Below, in pieces: positions 1-7,426 of a stretch of DNA of 23,763 bases. The stretch spans positions 1 to 23,763 of the forward strand of contig JAYVCD010000162.1 in assembly GCA_043750125.1 (NCBI GenBank), in the 5' to 3' direction. The stretch is from Archangiaceae bacterium. Its GTDB lineage: Bacteria; Myxococcota; Myxococcia; Myxococcales; Myxococcaceae. The stretch's first letter is position 1; each line of letters opens with the position of its first letter. A model generated the notes under the pieces. That model was not told the origin of the DNA. It worked only from the letters and a program-made list of their open reading frames with translations, and made no database searches. Both the position numbers and the translations under genes were made by a program.

Positions 1-971
1 TGGGCCGCATCTCGGCCTTGCTCGATCTCGGAGCCGGGTTTCACCCCGACTTCACCGGCCGCGAGAACATCCTCATCAACGGAATCATCCTGGGGATGAC
101 GCGCGCCGAAGTGAAGAGCCAGATGGACGCGATCATCGCGTTCGCCGAGCTGGGCGATTTCATCGACGAGCAGGTGCGGACCTACAGCAGTGGAATGTTC
201 ATGCGCCTGGCGTTCGCGGTGGCGACCCACGTGAACCCCGAGATCTTGATCATCGATGAGATCCTCGCCGTCGGCGACGAGCACTTCCAGCGCAAGTCGT
301 ACGCGAAGATGAGCGAGTTCAAGCAGAAGGGTAAAACCATCGTCCTCGTGACCCACGATCTGGGCACCGTTACGCGCTGGTGCGATCTGGCCGCGTGGAT
401 CGACGGGGGAGTGATTCGGATGCTCGGCCCGCCCACCGAGGTCGTCGAGGCCTATCGGCAGGCGGTCCTCGCTGCAGAAGAACAGACCGCCCAGACGGGC
501 AGCTCGGCGCTGTCGGCTCCAGGACTTGCGCTGCCGGCCGCCCCCGTCGTTCCCGCCGCGACCCACCACATCGAGCAGGTCCGTTTGATCGACGCCGGCG
601 GTCAAGAGGTCGCCCGGGTCTCGTCAGATGCGCGGCTCGACATCGTGGTCGCGTGGAAAGGGCAGGCGGGGACCCCGGTCGCAGTCACCGTCGAGCTCGC
701 AAGCCCCGATGGAACTGCACTGTTCGCCACCACGCTCGATGCCGGGGTCGGCTCGGAATTCGGCAGCGCCCGGCTGTCGATCGCGCGGCTTGGAATCGGC
801 GAGGGCGAATATCAAATCGTGGCTTCGATTCACCCGCCGCAGACCCCCCCGAACGAATCGGTCAAGCGTCCCCTGACCGTCACCGCTCACACCCCAGGCC
901 AGGGAGTGCTGCGGCCGGCACACGTCTGGTCGTTGGACTCGGGTCGTGGAGCGCGGGCGAAATCTTCGTGA
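1..971 (+). CDS. wzt: Polysaccharide ABC transporter ATP-binding protein (Wzt/TagH family) with C-terminal Wzt-C domain; 5' end lies outside the window
   Basis: Frame open from base 3 (GRISALLDLGAGFHPDFTGRENI). Signature YSSGMFMRLAFA, Walker B ILIIDEILAVGD, H-loop LVTHD, and a beta-rich C-terminal extension. Walker A is upstream of the window. Confidence 0.93.
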   Translation, partial: GRISALLDLGAGFHPDFTGRENILINGIILGMTRAEVKSQMDAIIAFAELGDFIDEQVRTYSSGMFMRLAFAVATHVNPEILIIDEILAVGDEHFQRKSYAKMSEFKQKGKTIVLVTHDLGTVTRWCDLAAWIDGGVIRMLGPPTEVVEAYRQAVLAAEEQTAQTGSSALSAPGLALPAAPVVPAATHHIEQVRLIDAGGQEVARVSSDARLDIVVAWKGQAGTPVAVTVELASPDGTALFATTLDAGVGSEFGSARLSIARLGIGEGEYQIVASIHPPQTPPNESVKRPLTVTAHTPGQGVLRPAHVWSLDSGRGARAKSS

Positions 972-2347
972 CCCACGGCGTGGCTCAGATCGCCTCTGAT
1001 CTGCGAACCCTGGTCGCTCGGCGGGTCGGCTTGAAACGGAAGGTCGTTCTGCTTGCCTCGGACCCGACGCTGGTTCGCGCGCTCGAAGCCAATGGCTGCT
1101 CAGTGCTCGCAGACCCTGCGTCCCTGCAAGCCATCACCGCGTTCGCTCCCGACGTCATCGTCGCGTTCGATGGCTTCGCGCGGGAAGACGACGGGCCAGA
1201 AAATTTCGCCAACCTGATGCGGGCCGCCCCACAGGCCGAGCTCGTCTTTTCCTTCGCCAATGCCGCTTCGTCTTCAGCGCTGCTTCAGGCGCTGGTGGGC
1301 CAGCGGCCCCCCCCGGCCCTGGCTGAGCCCGAGGTGCGCGGGTGGTTGTCGAGCGCCGGCCTGAACATCGTCTCGCGCGACGTGGTGGTCGGCCCCCATC
1401 AATCCACCGGGCTGGCCGTAGACGCCGAAGCCCAGCTGCGACAGCTGCTCGAGCAGCTCAACCCCGATGCCGGCGCCGAACGCCTGCTGCTGGTCGCGCG
1501 AAAGGCGATCGGAGTCACCGACGTTCCCCGCGAGCCGGGGCTGCTGACCGTTCTTCTCTCGGCAACGAATGACATCGCCGCGCTGCAGCGCACGCTCGCT
1601 TCCCTGGCCGATCAGCCGCAGCGTCCGATGCAGGTGGTGGTCTCGACCTCGGGGCCGCTGGACGAGGCCGAACGCCGCTCACGGCTGGAATCCGAACGGG
1701 GCTCCTTCGCCGCCCAGGTATTCTCGGCCCCGTCGACCGACTTCGCAGCCCGCACCAACCAGGGCTTGCCTCATGCCCGCGGGCAATACCTCGCCTTCCT
1801 CGAAGCCGGAGACACGGTCGCGTCTGAGCACTTTGGGCAGCTGCTCCGCGCGCTCGAGCAGGGGACTTCCGCCTGGGCGATCGCGCGGGTGCAACACCCC
1901 CACGAGCAGCGCCCCGCTCATCCCCACGAGCAGCGCCCCGCTCATCCCGAGAGCAGTCGAGGGACGCGCTTTTCGCTTCCCGCCTGGCTCGCCGCGGCCG
2001 CGACTGCCCGCTGCGGCCTGCTGCTCGACCGCGAACGCGTCGGGCCTTTCCCGCTGACCTTCGCGGAAGGGGTGGCAGGTGCGGAAGCGCTGTTCCTCGC
2101 CCGGCTGGCCGCGTTGTTTCCGGCCATCACCCTCAGCGGCAGCCCCTTAGTCCAGCGCCCGAGCCAGCCCCAATCGTTTGACCTCAAAGCACTGACGGAA
2201 GCGATGAAGGCCCGGCCCTTGCGCGCAATCGGACCTCTGGCCCTCGCCGCCGCCGAAGAAGGGTGGGGCGATCGACTCGAGCGCGATCTCGAGCGCCGGC
2301 TTCCCGGCCTGGGCACCCGGCTGCAGCGCTGGCTCAAGCCGCAGTGA
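968..2347 (+). CDS. Glycosyltransferase family 2-like protein with a degenerate N-terminal methyltransferase-like domain (459 aa)
   Basis: GTG start overlaps the wzt stop (GTGA 968-971). The C-half has a GT-A pattern (LLTVLLSATND..LQRTLASLADQ; ARTNQGLPHARGQYLAFLEAGD). The N-half has a Rossmann-like pattern (VVLL..ALEANGCSV..PDVIV). The ORF-track start at 380 is an out-of-frame overlap with wzt. Confidence 0.7.
   Translation: MTHGVAQIASDLRTLVARRVGLKRKVVLLASDPTLVRALEANGCSVLADPASLQAITAFAPDVIVAFDGFAREDDGPENFANLMRAAPQAELVFSFANAASSSALLQALVGQRPPPALAEPEVRGWLSSAGLNIVSRDVVVGPHQSTGLAVDAEAQLRQLLEQLNPDAGAERLLLVARKAIGVTDVPREPGLLTVLLSATNDIAALQRTLASLADQPQRPMQVVVSTSGPLDEAERRSRLESERGSFAAQVFSAPSTDFAARTNQGLPHARGQYLAFLEAGDTVASEHFGQLLRALEQGTSAWAIARVQHPHEQRPAHPHEQRPAHPESSRGTRFSLPAWLAAAATARCGLLLDRERVGPFPLTFAEGVAGAEALFLARLAALFPAITLSGSPLVQRPSQPQSFDLKALTEAMKARPLRAIGPLALAAAEEGWGDRLERDLERRLPGLGTRLQRWLKPQ
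1898..1948 (+). repeat. Perfect 24-bp in-frame tandem duplication (CCCCACGAGCAGCGCCCCGCTCAT x2 + CCC), encoding PHEQRPAH x2
   Basis: Read directly: units 1898-1921 and 1922-1945. Confidence 0.95.
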
Positions 2348-3336
2348 ATACCGGCCGGCTGGTGTTGGCTCCGATGGAAGGCGTCGCAGACGATGTCCTG
2401 CGTGAAGTCCTCACCCAGGTCGGTGGCTACGACTGGTGCGTCACCGAATTCGTTCGCGTCTCAGGCACCCCCGTGCCGGACAAGGTGTTCCTGCGTGTGT
2501 CTCCCGAGCTTCGAAATGGAGCGCGGACCCGCGCAGGGACTCCCGTTCGGGTCCAGCTGCTCGGCTCGGACCCCGGCTGCGTCGCGCTCAGCGCCACCTC
2601 GCTCGCCGCCCTCGGCCCCTACGGCATCGACTTGAATTTCGGGTGCCCTGCGCCCACGGTCAACCGTCACCGCGGCGGGGCGGCACTCTTGAACGAGCCC
2701 GAGCTGTTGGGGCGAATCGTGGGCGCCGTCCGGGACGCCGTTCCCCCTTCGCTGACCGTGAGCGCAAAGATGCGGCTGGGGATCAATGATTCGGGCCTCG
2801 CCGTCGCCTGCGCCCAGGCACTCGAGGCCGGAGGTGCCCGGGAGCTCGTCGTCCACGCACGGACCAAGGCCGACGGCTACCGGCCTCCCGCGAAGTGGAG
2901 CTGCGTCGACCTCGTGCGTCGCAGTGTTTCGATCCCCGTCATTGGCAACGGCGACGTATTCACCGTCGATGACTTTCGGCGCCTGCGCGAGACCACGGGT
3001 TGCGAAGACGTGATGATCGGGCGCGGCGCGGTCGGTGACCCGTTCCTCGCCCAGCGGATCAAAGGTCTTCGCGACCCCGTTCCCAGTTCTGCGGACTGGG
3101 TCGAGCTGTTGCCGCTGCTGGCTACGTTCTGGCAGCTGGTGAAGGACAAGGCGCGCGTGAACCCGAAGTGTGCGGCCGGACGGCTGAAGATGTGGCTGAA
3201 CCCGCTGCGGCGGACCTTCGTCGACGCCGAGCTCCTCTTTCAGTCGGTTCGCCTTCTCCATAGCCCGGAAGCGGTCGACCTGGTGCTGAACGGCAACAGC
3301 ACATTTGCCTCAGCCGCGGCGTTCCGCCCCAGCTGA
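2344..3336 (+). CDS. dusC: tRNA-dihydrouridine synthase, DusC-like (330 aa)
   Basis: LAPMEGV, CVTEFVRV, VQLLGSDP, catalytic DLNFGCP..VNRHRGGA, VHARTKADGYRPPA, GNGDV, VMIGRGA, GRLKMW. GTG start overlaps the upstream stop (GTGA 2344-2347). Confidence 0.92.
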   Translation: MNTGRLVLAPMEGVADDVLREVLTQVGGYDWCVTEFVRVSGTPVPDKVFLRVSPELRNGARTRAGTPVRVQLLGSDPGCVALSATSLAALGPYGIDLNFGCPAPTVNRHRGGAALLNEPELLGRIVGAVRDAVPPSLTVSAKMRLGINDSGLAVACAQALEAGGARELVVHARTKADGYRPPAKWSCVDLVRRSVSIPVIGNGDVFTVDDFRRLRETTGCEDVMIGRGAVGDPFLAQRIKGLRDPVPSSADWVELLPLLATFWQLVKDKARVNPKCAAGRLKMWLNPLRRTFVDAELLFQSVRLLHSPEAVDLVLNGNSTFASAAAFRPS

Positions 3337-3351
3337 GCCGGCCCTTGCAGG

Positions 3352-4071
3352 GTGAGGGGGGCTGGCGCTGGGGTTGCACAATGGCTCGTGTCCATTGCAC
3401 TGGTCCCCGGAAGCACCCTGCCGCATCACCTCGAAAAGCTCCGCGCGAAAATCGCTCACAACCTGCACCTCGGGTTGATGGGCTTTGCCAGGAAGAGCCT
3501 GCGCTTCGTGACCGCCACTGCACGCAGCCGGTACCTTTTCCGTGACGCCGCTCGACTTGGAGTCGGGGTACGGGTGATTGGCCTTGCACCCAAAGTTCAG
3601 GATCGCGGGGGAAAGTTCTTGATTGGCGACGACGTGATCTTCGACGCGAAGCTCACCCCCATCTTCGTGGAGCTCGAGCAAGATGCGGTCCTCGAAATCG
3701 GCAACGGGACCTACGTCAATGACGGCGTCTGGTTTGGCTGCACCGGGAAAATCACCATCGGAGAACGGGTGTTGATCGGTCCTGGCGTTCGGGTGTTCGA
3801 CAACAGCTACCACGGCCTTTACCAGCGCCGGGTGATGCCCGCCCCTCAGCCGGTGACGATCGAAGACGACGCGTGGATCGCGACCAATAGCCTGATCCTC
3901 GCCGGCGTCACCATCGGGCGCGGAGCGATCGTCGGGGCCAACAGCGTGGTCTCCAAAGACGTCCCCGCGTACTGCATCGTTGTGGGAAACCCGGCGCGGC
4001 AGATCAGCACCCTCGACCCCGAGCTCTTCGAAGCGACGGTGAAGCAGACCGCCCGAAGAGCTGAGACTTAG
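3352..4071 (+). CDS. Hexapeptide-repeat (left-handed beta-helix) acyltransferase, maltose/galactoside O-acetyltransferase-like; start uncertain (alternative GTG at 3388)
   Basis: LEIGNGTYVN, ITIGERVLIGPGVRVFDNSYH, PVTIEDDAWIATNSLILAGVTIGRGAIVGANSVVSKDVP..IVVGNPAR. Confidence 0.88.
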   Translation: MRGAGAGVAQWLVSIALVPGSTLPHHLEKLRAKIAHNLHLGLMGFARKSLRFVTATARSRYLFRDAARLGVGVRVIGLAPKVQDRGGKFLIGDDVIFDAKLTPIFVELEQDAVLEIGNGTYVNDGVWFGCTGKITIGERVLIGPGVRVFDNSYHGLYQRRVMPAPQPVTIEDDAWIATNSLILAGVTIGRGAIVGANSVVSKDVPAYCIVVGNPARQISTLDPELFEATVKQTARRAET

Positions 4072-4083
4072 CCCAGGGGTTCA

Positions 4084-4485
4084 CTACCGCGGCAGGTTGC
4101 CGATGATCGCCTTCTTCATCTCGTGCGACTTCGAGAGCGCATCCATCGTCCGATCTTCGATCGTGCCGCCGTTCTGCTGACTCTTCAGGTCGCCCACCGA
4201 GGAAGACGGGGGCGCAGACGCGGCCGCGCTGCCGGTCTGCTTCTGGGCCGGCGCCGAAGTGCGTTCCCCTTTCGGATGCACCAACTGCTTGAGGACCGCG
4301 ACCGCGCCCGGAGCGAAGGTGTCTTGGTGACGCCGCAATTGGGCCGTCACCCCCTTGCTCTCTGCGGCCGACACACCGCCGTGCCGCAGCGCCCGGGCAA
4401 TCTTCTTCGCTTCTTTCGTGTCGACCTTTCCGTCGTTGTGGCGGGCAAGAGTGAACAGCGAGCGGGTCTGCTTGATGCGGGTCAT
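4084..4485 (-). CDS. Hypothetical protein (133 aa)
   Basis: ATG-TAG ORF with host-like GC3 codons. It fills the gap between a convergent and a divergent gene and is preceded by a sigma54-like promoter. Confidence 0.7.
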   Translation of the reverse strand: MTRIKQTRSLFTLARHNDGKVDTKEAKKIARALRHGGVSAAESKGVTAQLRRHQDTFAPGAVAVLKQLVHPKGERTSAPAQKQTGSAAASAPPSSSVGDLKSQQNGGTIEDRTMDALSKSHEMKKAIIGNLPR

Positions 4486-4528
4486 GGGTTCCCGGGTTGT
4501 TGGGGGGGGAACTGACGGACTTCGCGAA

Positions 4529-4546
4529 TTGCAGTGGCGGCGCCAG
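4529..4546 (-). promoter_or_regulatory. Putative sigma54 (-24/-12) promoter for the 133-aa gene
   Basis: Minus strand reads CTGGCGCCGCCACTGCAA, i.e. GG-N10-GC with TGGC and TGCA flanks, about 45 bp upstream of the ATG at 4485. Confidence 0.5.
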
Positions 4547-4583
4547 TTGTTTGGCCAGCAATTGCAGGCGCTTGAAGCAGTCG

Positions 4584-4611
4584 GCTGTGAACTGCTGTGA
4601 ACAGCTGAAAC
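4584..4611. repeat. Intergenic direct repeats GCTGTGAAC x2 plus a degenerate third copy (GCTGAAAC), 10-bp period; candidate regulator binding site
   Basis: Copies at 4584-4592, 4594-4602 and 4604-4611. Confidence 0.55.
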
Positions 4612-4710
4612 CCTCCGGTTTCATTTCCGACCAACCCTCGAGCCCAGGTCCATTTCCGCGGCCGCTCGATTGCGCGAGCCGGCCGCAATCGGTGCTAACC
4701 GTCGCGCCTC

Positions 4711-6366
4711 ATGAGCGACGAGCACGGGAAGGCCGATCGGCTGCGCTGGCTGCAGCAGGCGTACGAAGCGGCGAAGGTGAAGTCCCCAGAGCGGAAAGCG
4801 CAGTTCCTCACCTCGAGCGGCGTCGAGCGCCCCGTCATCGACGAACCGCCCAAGGCCCACGCCGAGCTCGGCTTTCCCGGCGAGTACCCTTTCACCCGCG
4901 GCGTGCAGTCGACGATGTTCCGATCGCGCTTCTGGACCATGCGCCAGTACGCCGGTTTCGGTTCGGCGAAGGACGCCAACCAGCGCTACCACTACCTGCT
5001 CGACAGTGGGCAGACCGGCCTGTCGGTCGCTTTCGATCTGCCTTCCCAGATGGGCTACGACGCCGACAGCCCACGCGCGGCGGGCGAAGTGGGAAAAGTC
5101 GGGGTCAGCATCGGCTCGGTGCGCGACATGAAGGTGCTGCTCGATCGCCTGCCTCTGGGCGAGGTGAGCACCTCGATGACGATCAACGCCACCGCTCCCA
5201 TCTTGTTGTGCCTCTACGCGGCGGTCGGCGAGCAACAGGGAGTGGCGATGTCCGCCCTGCAGGGCACGGTGCAGAACGACATTCTCAAGGAATACATCGC
5301 GCGCGGAACGTACATCTACCCGCCCACGGCCTCGCTGCGGCTGATCACCAACTTGTTCGCTTTCTGCGCCAAGAAGGTCCCGAAGTGGAATCCGATCTCG
5401 ATCAGCGGGTACCACATTCGGGAAGCGGGCTCGACCGCGGCCCAGGAAATTGCCTTCACCCTGGGTGACGGAATCGCCTACGTCGAAGCCGCGATCGCCG
5501 CAGGCCTCGAAGTGGATGCCTTCGCCGGGCGCCTGAGCTTCTTCTTCAACGTCCACAACGACTTCATGGAAGAGGTCGCAAAGTTCCGCGCCGCCCGCCG
5601 ACTCTGGGCCCGAATCATGAAGGAACGGTTCAAGGCCAAAGACCCCCGCTCGATGATGCTGCGCTTTCACGCCCAGACCGCAGGCAGCACGCTCACCGCT
5701 CAGCAGCCGCTCAACAACGTGGTGCGCGTGTCACTGCAGGCGCTCGCGGCGGTCCTCGGAGGGTGCCAGTCGCTTCACACCAACTCCTGGGACGAAGCGT
5801 TGGCCCTGCCCAGTGAAGACGCCGCCCGGCTCGCGTTGCGGACCCAGCAGATCCTCGCGCATGAGACCGGCGTCGCCGACACCGTCGATGCTCTGGGCGG
5901 CTCGCACCACCTCGAGCGGCTCACCGACAGCCTCGAGAGTCTCGCCGAGGCGACCTTGAAGAAGATCGACGCGCTCGGTGGAATGGTGAAGGCGATCGAG
6001 CTCGGCTACCCCCAGCAGGAAATTCAGAGCGCCTCCTACGCGACCCAGCGCGCGCTCGAAGACGGAAGCAGCGTCGTCGTCGGAGTGAACAAGTTCCAGG
6101 TCAAAGAATCGCGCCCGTTGGGGTTGCTCAGCGTCGACGGGCAGGTCGAGGTCGAGCAGAAGGCCTGCCTCAAAGAGCTTCGCGCCACCCGCGCCAACGA
6201 GGCCGTCACCCAGGCGCTGGACGCGATCAAGCGCGGCGCCACTTCGCCCGACGAGAACTTGATTCCGCTGATCTACACCGCGGTGAAGGCCGAGGCGTCC
6301 CTGGGCGAAATTTCAGACGCGATGCGCTCGGTGTTCGGGGAACACCAGGAACGGGTCGTCCTCTAG
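4711..6366 (+). CDS. mcmA: Methylmalonyl-CoA mutase, substrate-binding (large) subunit, without a B12-binding domain (551 aa)
   Basis: [88 protein letters not shown]. No DxHxxG motif. Confidence 0.95.
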   Translation: MSDEHGKADRLRWLQQAYEAAKVKSPERKAQFLTSSGVERPVIDEPPKAHAELGFPGEYPFTRGVQSTMFRSRFWTMRQYAGFGSAKDANQRYHYLLDSGQTGLSVAFDLPSQMGYDADSPRAAGEVGKVGVSIGSVRDMKVLLDRLPLGEVSTSMTINATAPILLCLYAAVGEQQGVAMSALQGTVQNDILKEYIARGTYIYPPTASLRLITNLFAFCAKKVPKWNPISISGYHIREAGSTAAQEIAFTLGDGIAYVEAAIAAGLEVDAFAGRLSFFFNVHNDFMEEVAKFRAARRLWARIMKERFKAKDPRSMMLRFHAQTAGSTLTAQQPLNNVVRVSLQALAAVLGGCQSLHTNSWDEALALPSEDAARLALRTQQILAHETGVADTVDALGGSHHLERLTDSLESLAEATLKKIDALGGMVKAIELGYPQQEIQSASYATQRALEDGSSVVVGVNKFQVKESRPLGLLSVDGQVEVEQKACLKELRATRANEAVTQALDAIKRGATSPDENLIPLIYTAVKAEASLGEISDAMRSVFGEHQERVVL

Positions 6367-6375
6367 CCGACGGTC

Positions 6376-6504
6376 TCAGCCCAGCCACTCAGGATGTTTG
6401 GCGGTCGAGTCGAAGTGATTGCTCGACTTGTACTTCTCGAACTTCCCGTCGGCGGCGGCCTTTTCGGTCTTCGCCAGCAGGTCCACCCGGTCTTCGGCCG
6501 ACAC
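6376..6504 (-). pseudogene. Short coding-like segment (VSAEDRVDLLAKTEKAAADGKFEKYKSSNHFDSTAKHPEWLG*); probable 3' remnant of a larger gene, possibly an aldo/keto reductase C-terminus
   Basis: 42 codons with strong host-like GC3 bias ending in TGA at 6376-6378; below the ORF-track cutoff. The family guess is from recalled similarity of the HFDSTA..PEWLG tail and is unverified. Confidence 0.5.
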
Positions 6505-6515
6505 GGCGGCGGCGA

Positions 6516-7346
6516 TCAGAGCCCGGGAATCGGCTGCAGAATCGGCGCCTCGCGTTGAGGCTCGGGCTCTGGAGGAGGCGTGGGCGGAGGCGGCCCGATG
6601 TCCTGCGGCTGTTCCGGCTTTTTTTTTCCGGGCCGACCGAACATCAACCCCACCTTCAGCTGCCAGACCACCCCGCCAAAGCCCGCCCCCGCGACGGCAG
6701 CTGCTCCGCCGATCGAGCCGGTCCCCGCGACCGGTACGTTGATCGCAAACTCAGGAAGGATTTTGAAGATCTCACCAATCGCAAACTGGTAGCCGATCGT
6801 CCCTCCCACCCCGAACAGGTACACGGTCGCCGAGCCGGTGCTGTCGCTGATCGCAAAGATCATGTTGTTGAAGCGGGGTCCAAAGACGAGCTCGTTGGCG
6901 CGGAAGTGCTTGAAGCCGAACAACACCGGTATCGCGAGGTTGAAATAGCTGACCGACGTTGTGCCCCCGCTCGCGCTGGACCCCAGGAAGATTCCCCCCA
7001 GCGTCGGTGCGACCGCGACGGCCAACGTTTCAGAGTCGGGTGGGGTGAAGAGGAACTTGCTCTGAAGCTCCAACAAGGACCACCCGGTGCGCACCCCGAT
7101 GTCGAACCGATCATTGACGCCATACCGGAACGCGACATCGAAGTGCGGCACGGGATCTTGCGCCGACCCTACTGCCGTCGCGCCCCGCGCCGGGTAGGCG
7201 GCATACAGCCCAGGCTCAGCCGAGATCTGAAAGTTGCCTTTTCCCAGCGTGCTGGCCGTCTGGACTGTACCCATCGAAAGGCACCCCATGGCGGCAGACA
7301 ACAGCCCGGATACCAACACCAGCCGGGCGAATCGTCCGAGTTTCAT
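6516..7346 (-). CDS. Putative outer-membrane lipoprotein / beta-barrel-like protein with Pro-rich C-terminal tail (276 aa)
   Basis: ATG at 7346 with an upstream GGAGG. Signal peptide with lipobox-like AMG-C (MKLGRFARLVLVSGLLSAAMGC), then amphipathic strands (FRYGVNDRFDIGVR, WQLKVGLMF). Confidence 0.78.
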   Translation of the reverse strand: MKLGRFARLVLVSGLLSAAMGCLSMGTVQTASTLGKGNFQISAEPGLYAAYPARGATAVGSAQDPVPHFDVAFRYGVNDRFDIGVRTGWSLLELQSKFLFTPPDSETLAVAVAPTLGGIFLGSSASGGTTSVSYFNLAIPVLFGFKHFRANELVFGPRFNNMIFAISDSTGSATVYLFGVGGTIGYQFAIGEIFKILPEFAINVPVAGTGSIGGAAAVAGAGFGGVVWQLKVGLMFGRPGKKKPEQPQDIGPPPPTPPPEPEPQREAPILQPIPGL

Positions 7347-7426
7347 CTTTGTCTGACCCTCCAGCAGAAACTGCGCGGTCATTGTGCCCGAGTTTTCCGC
7401 TAGCTTCGATTTCTCTGAAAAAGACG

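Noticed and set aside
380-967. N-terminal extension of the 655-aa ORF
   Set aside because: Arg-rich out-of-frame reading of wzt; the GTG at 968 is the plausible start.
4551-4566. TTGGCCAGCAATTGCA as a sigma54 promoter for the mutase gene
   Set aside because: GG-to-GC spacing is 9 bp, not the required 10.
4486-4710. Cobalamin riboswitch upstream of the mutase
   Set aside because: No recognisable B12-box or conserved core seen by eye; an Rfam scan would be decisive.
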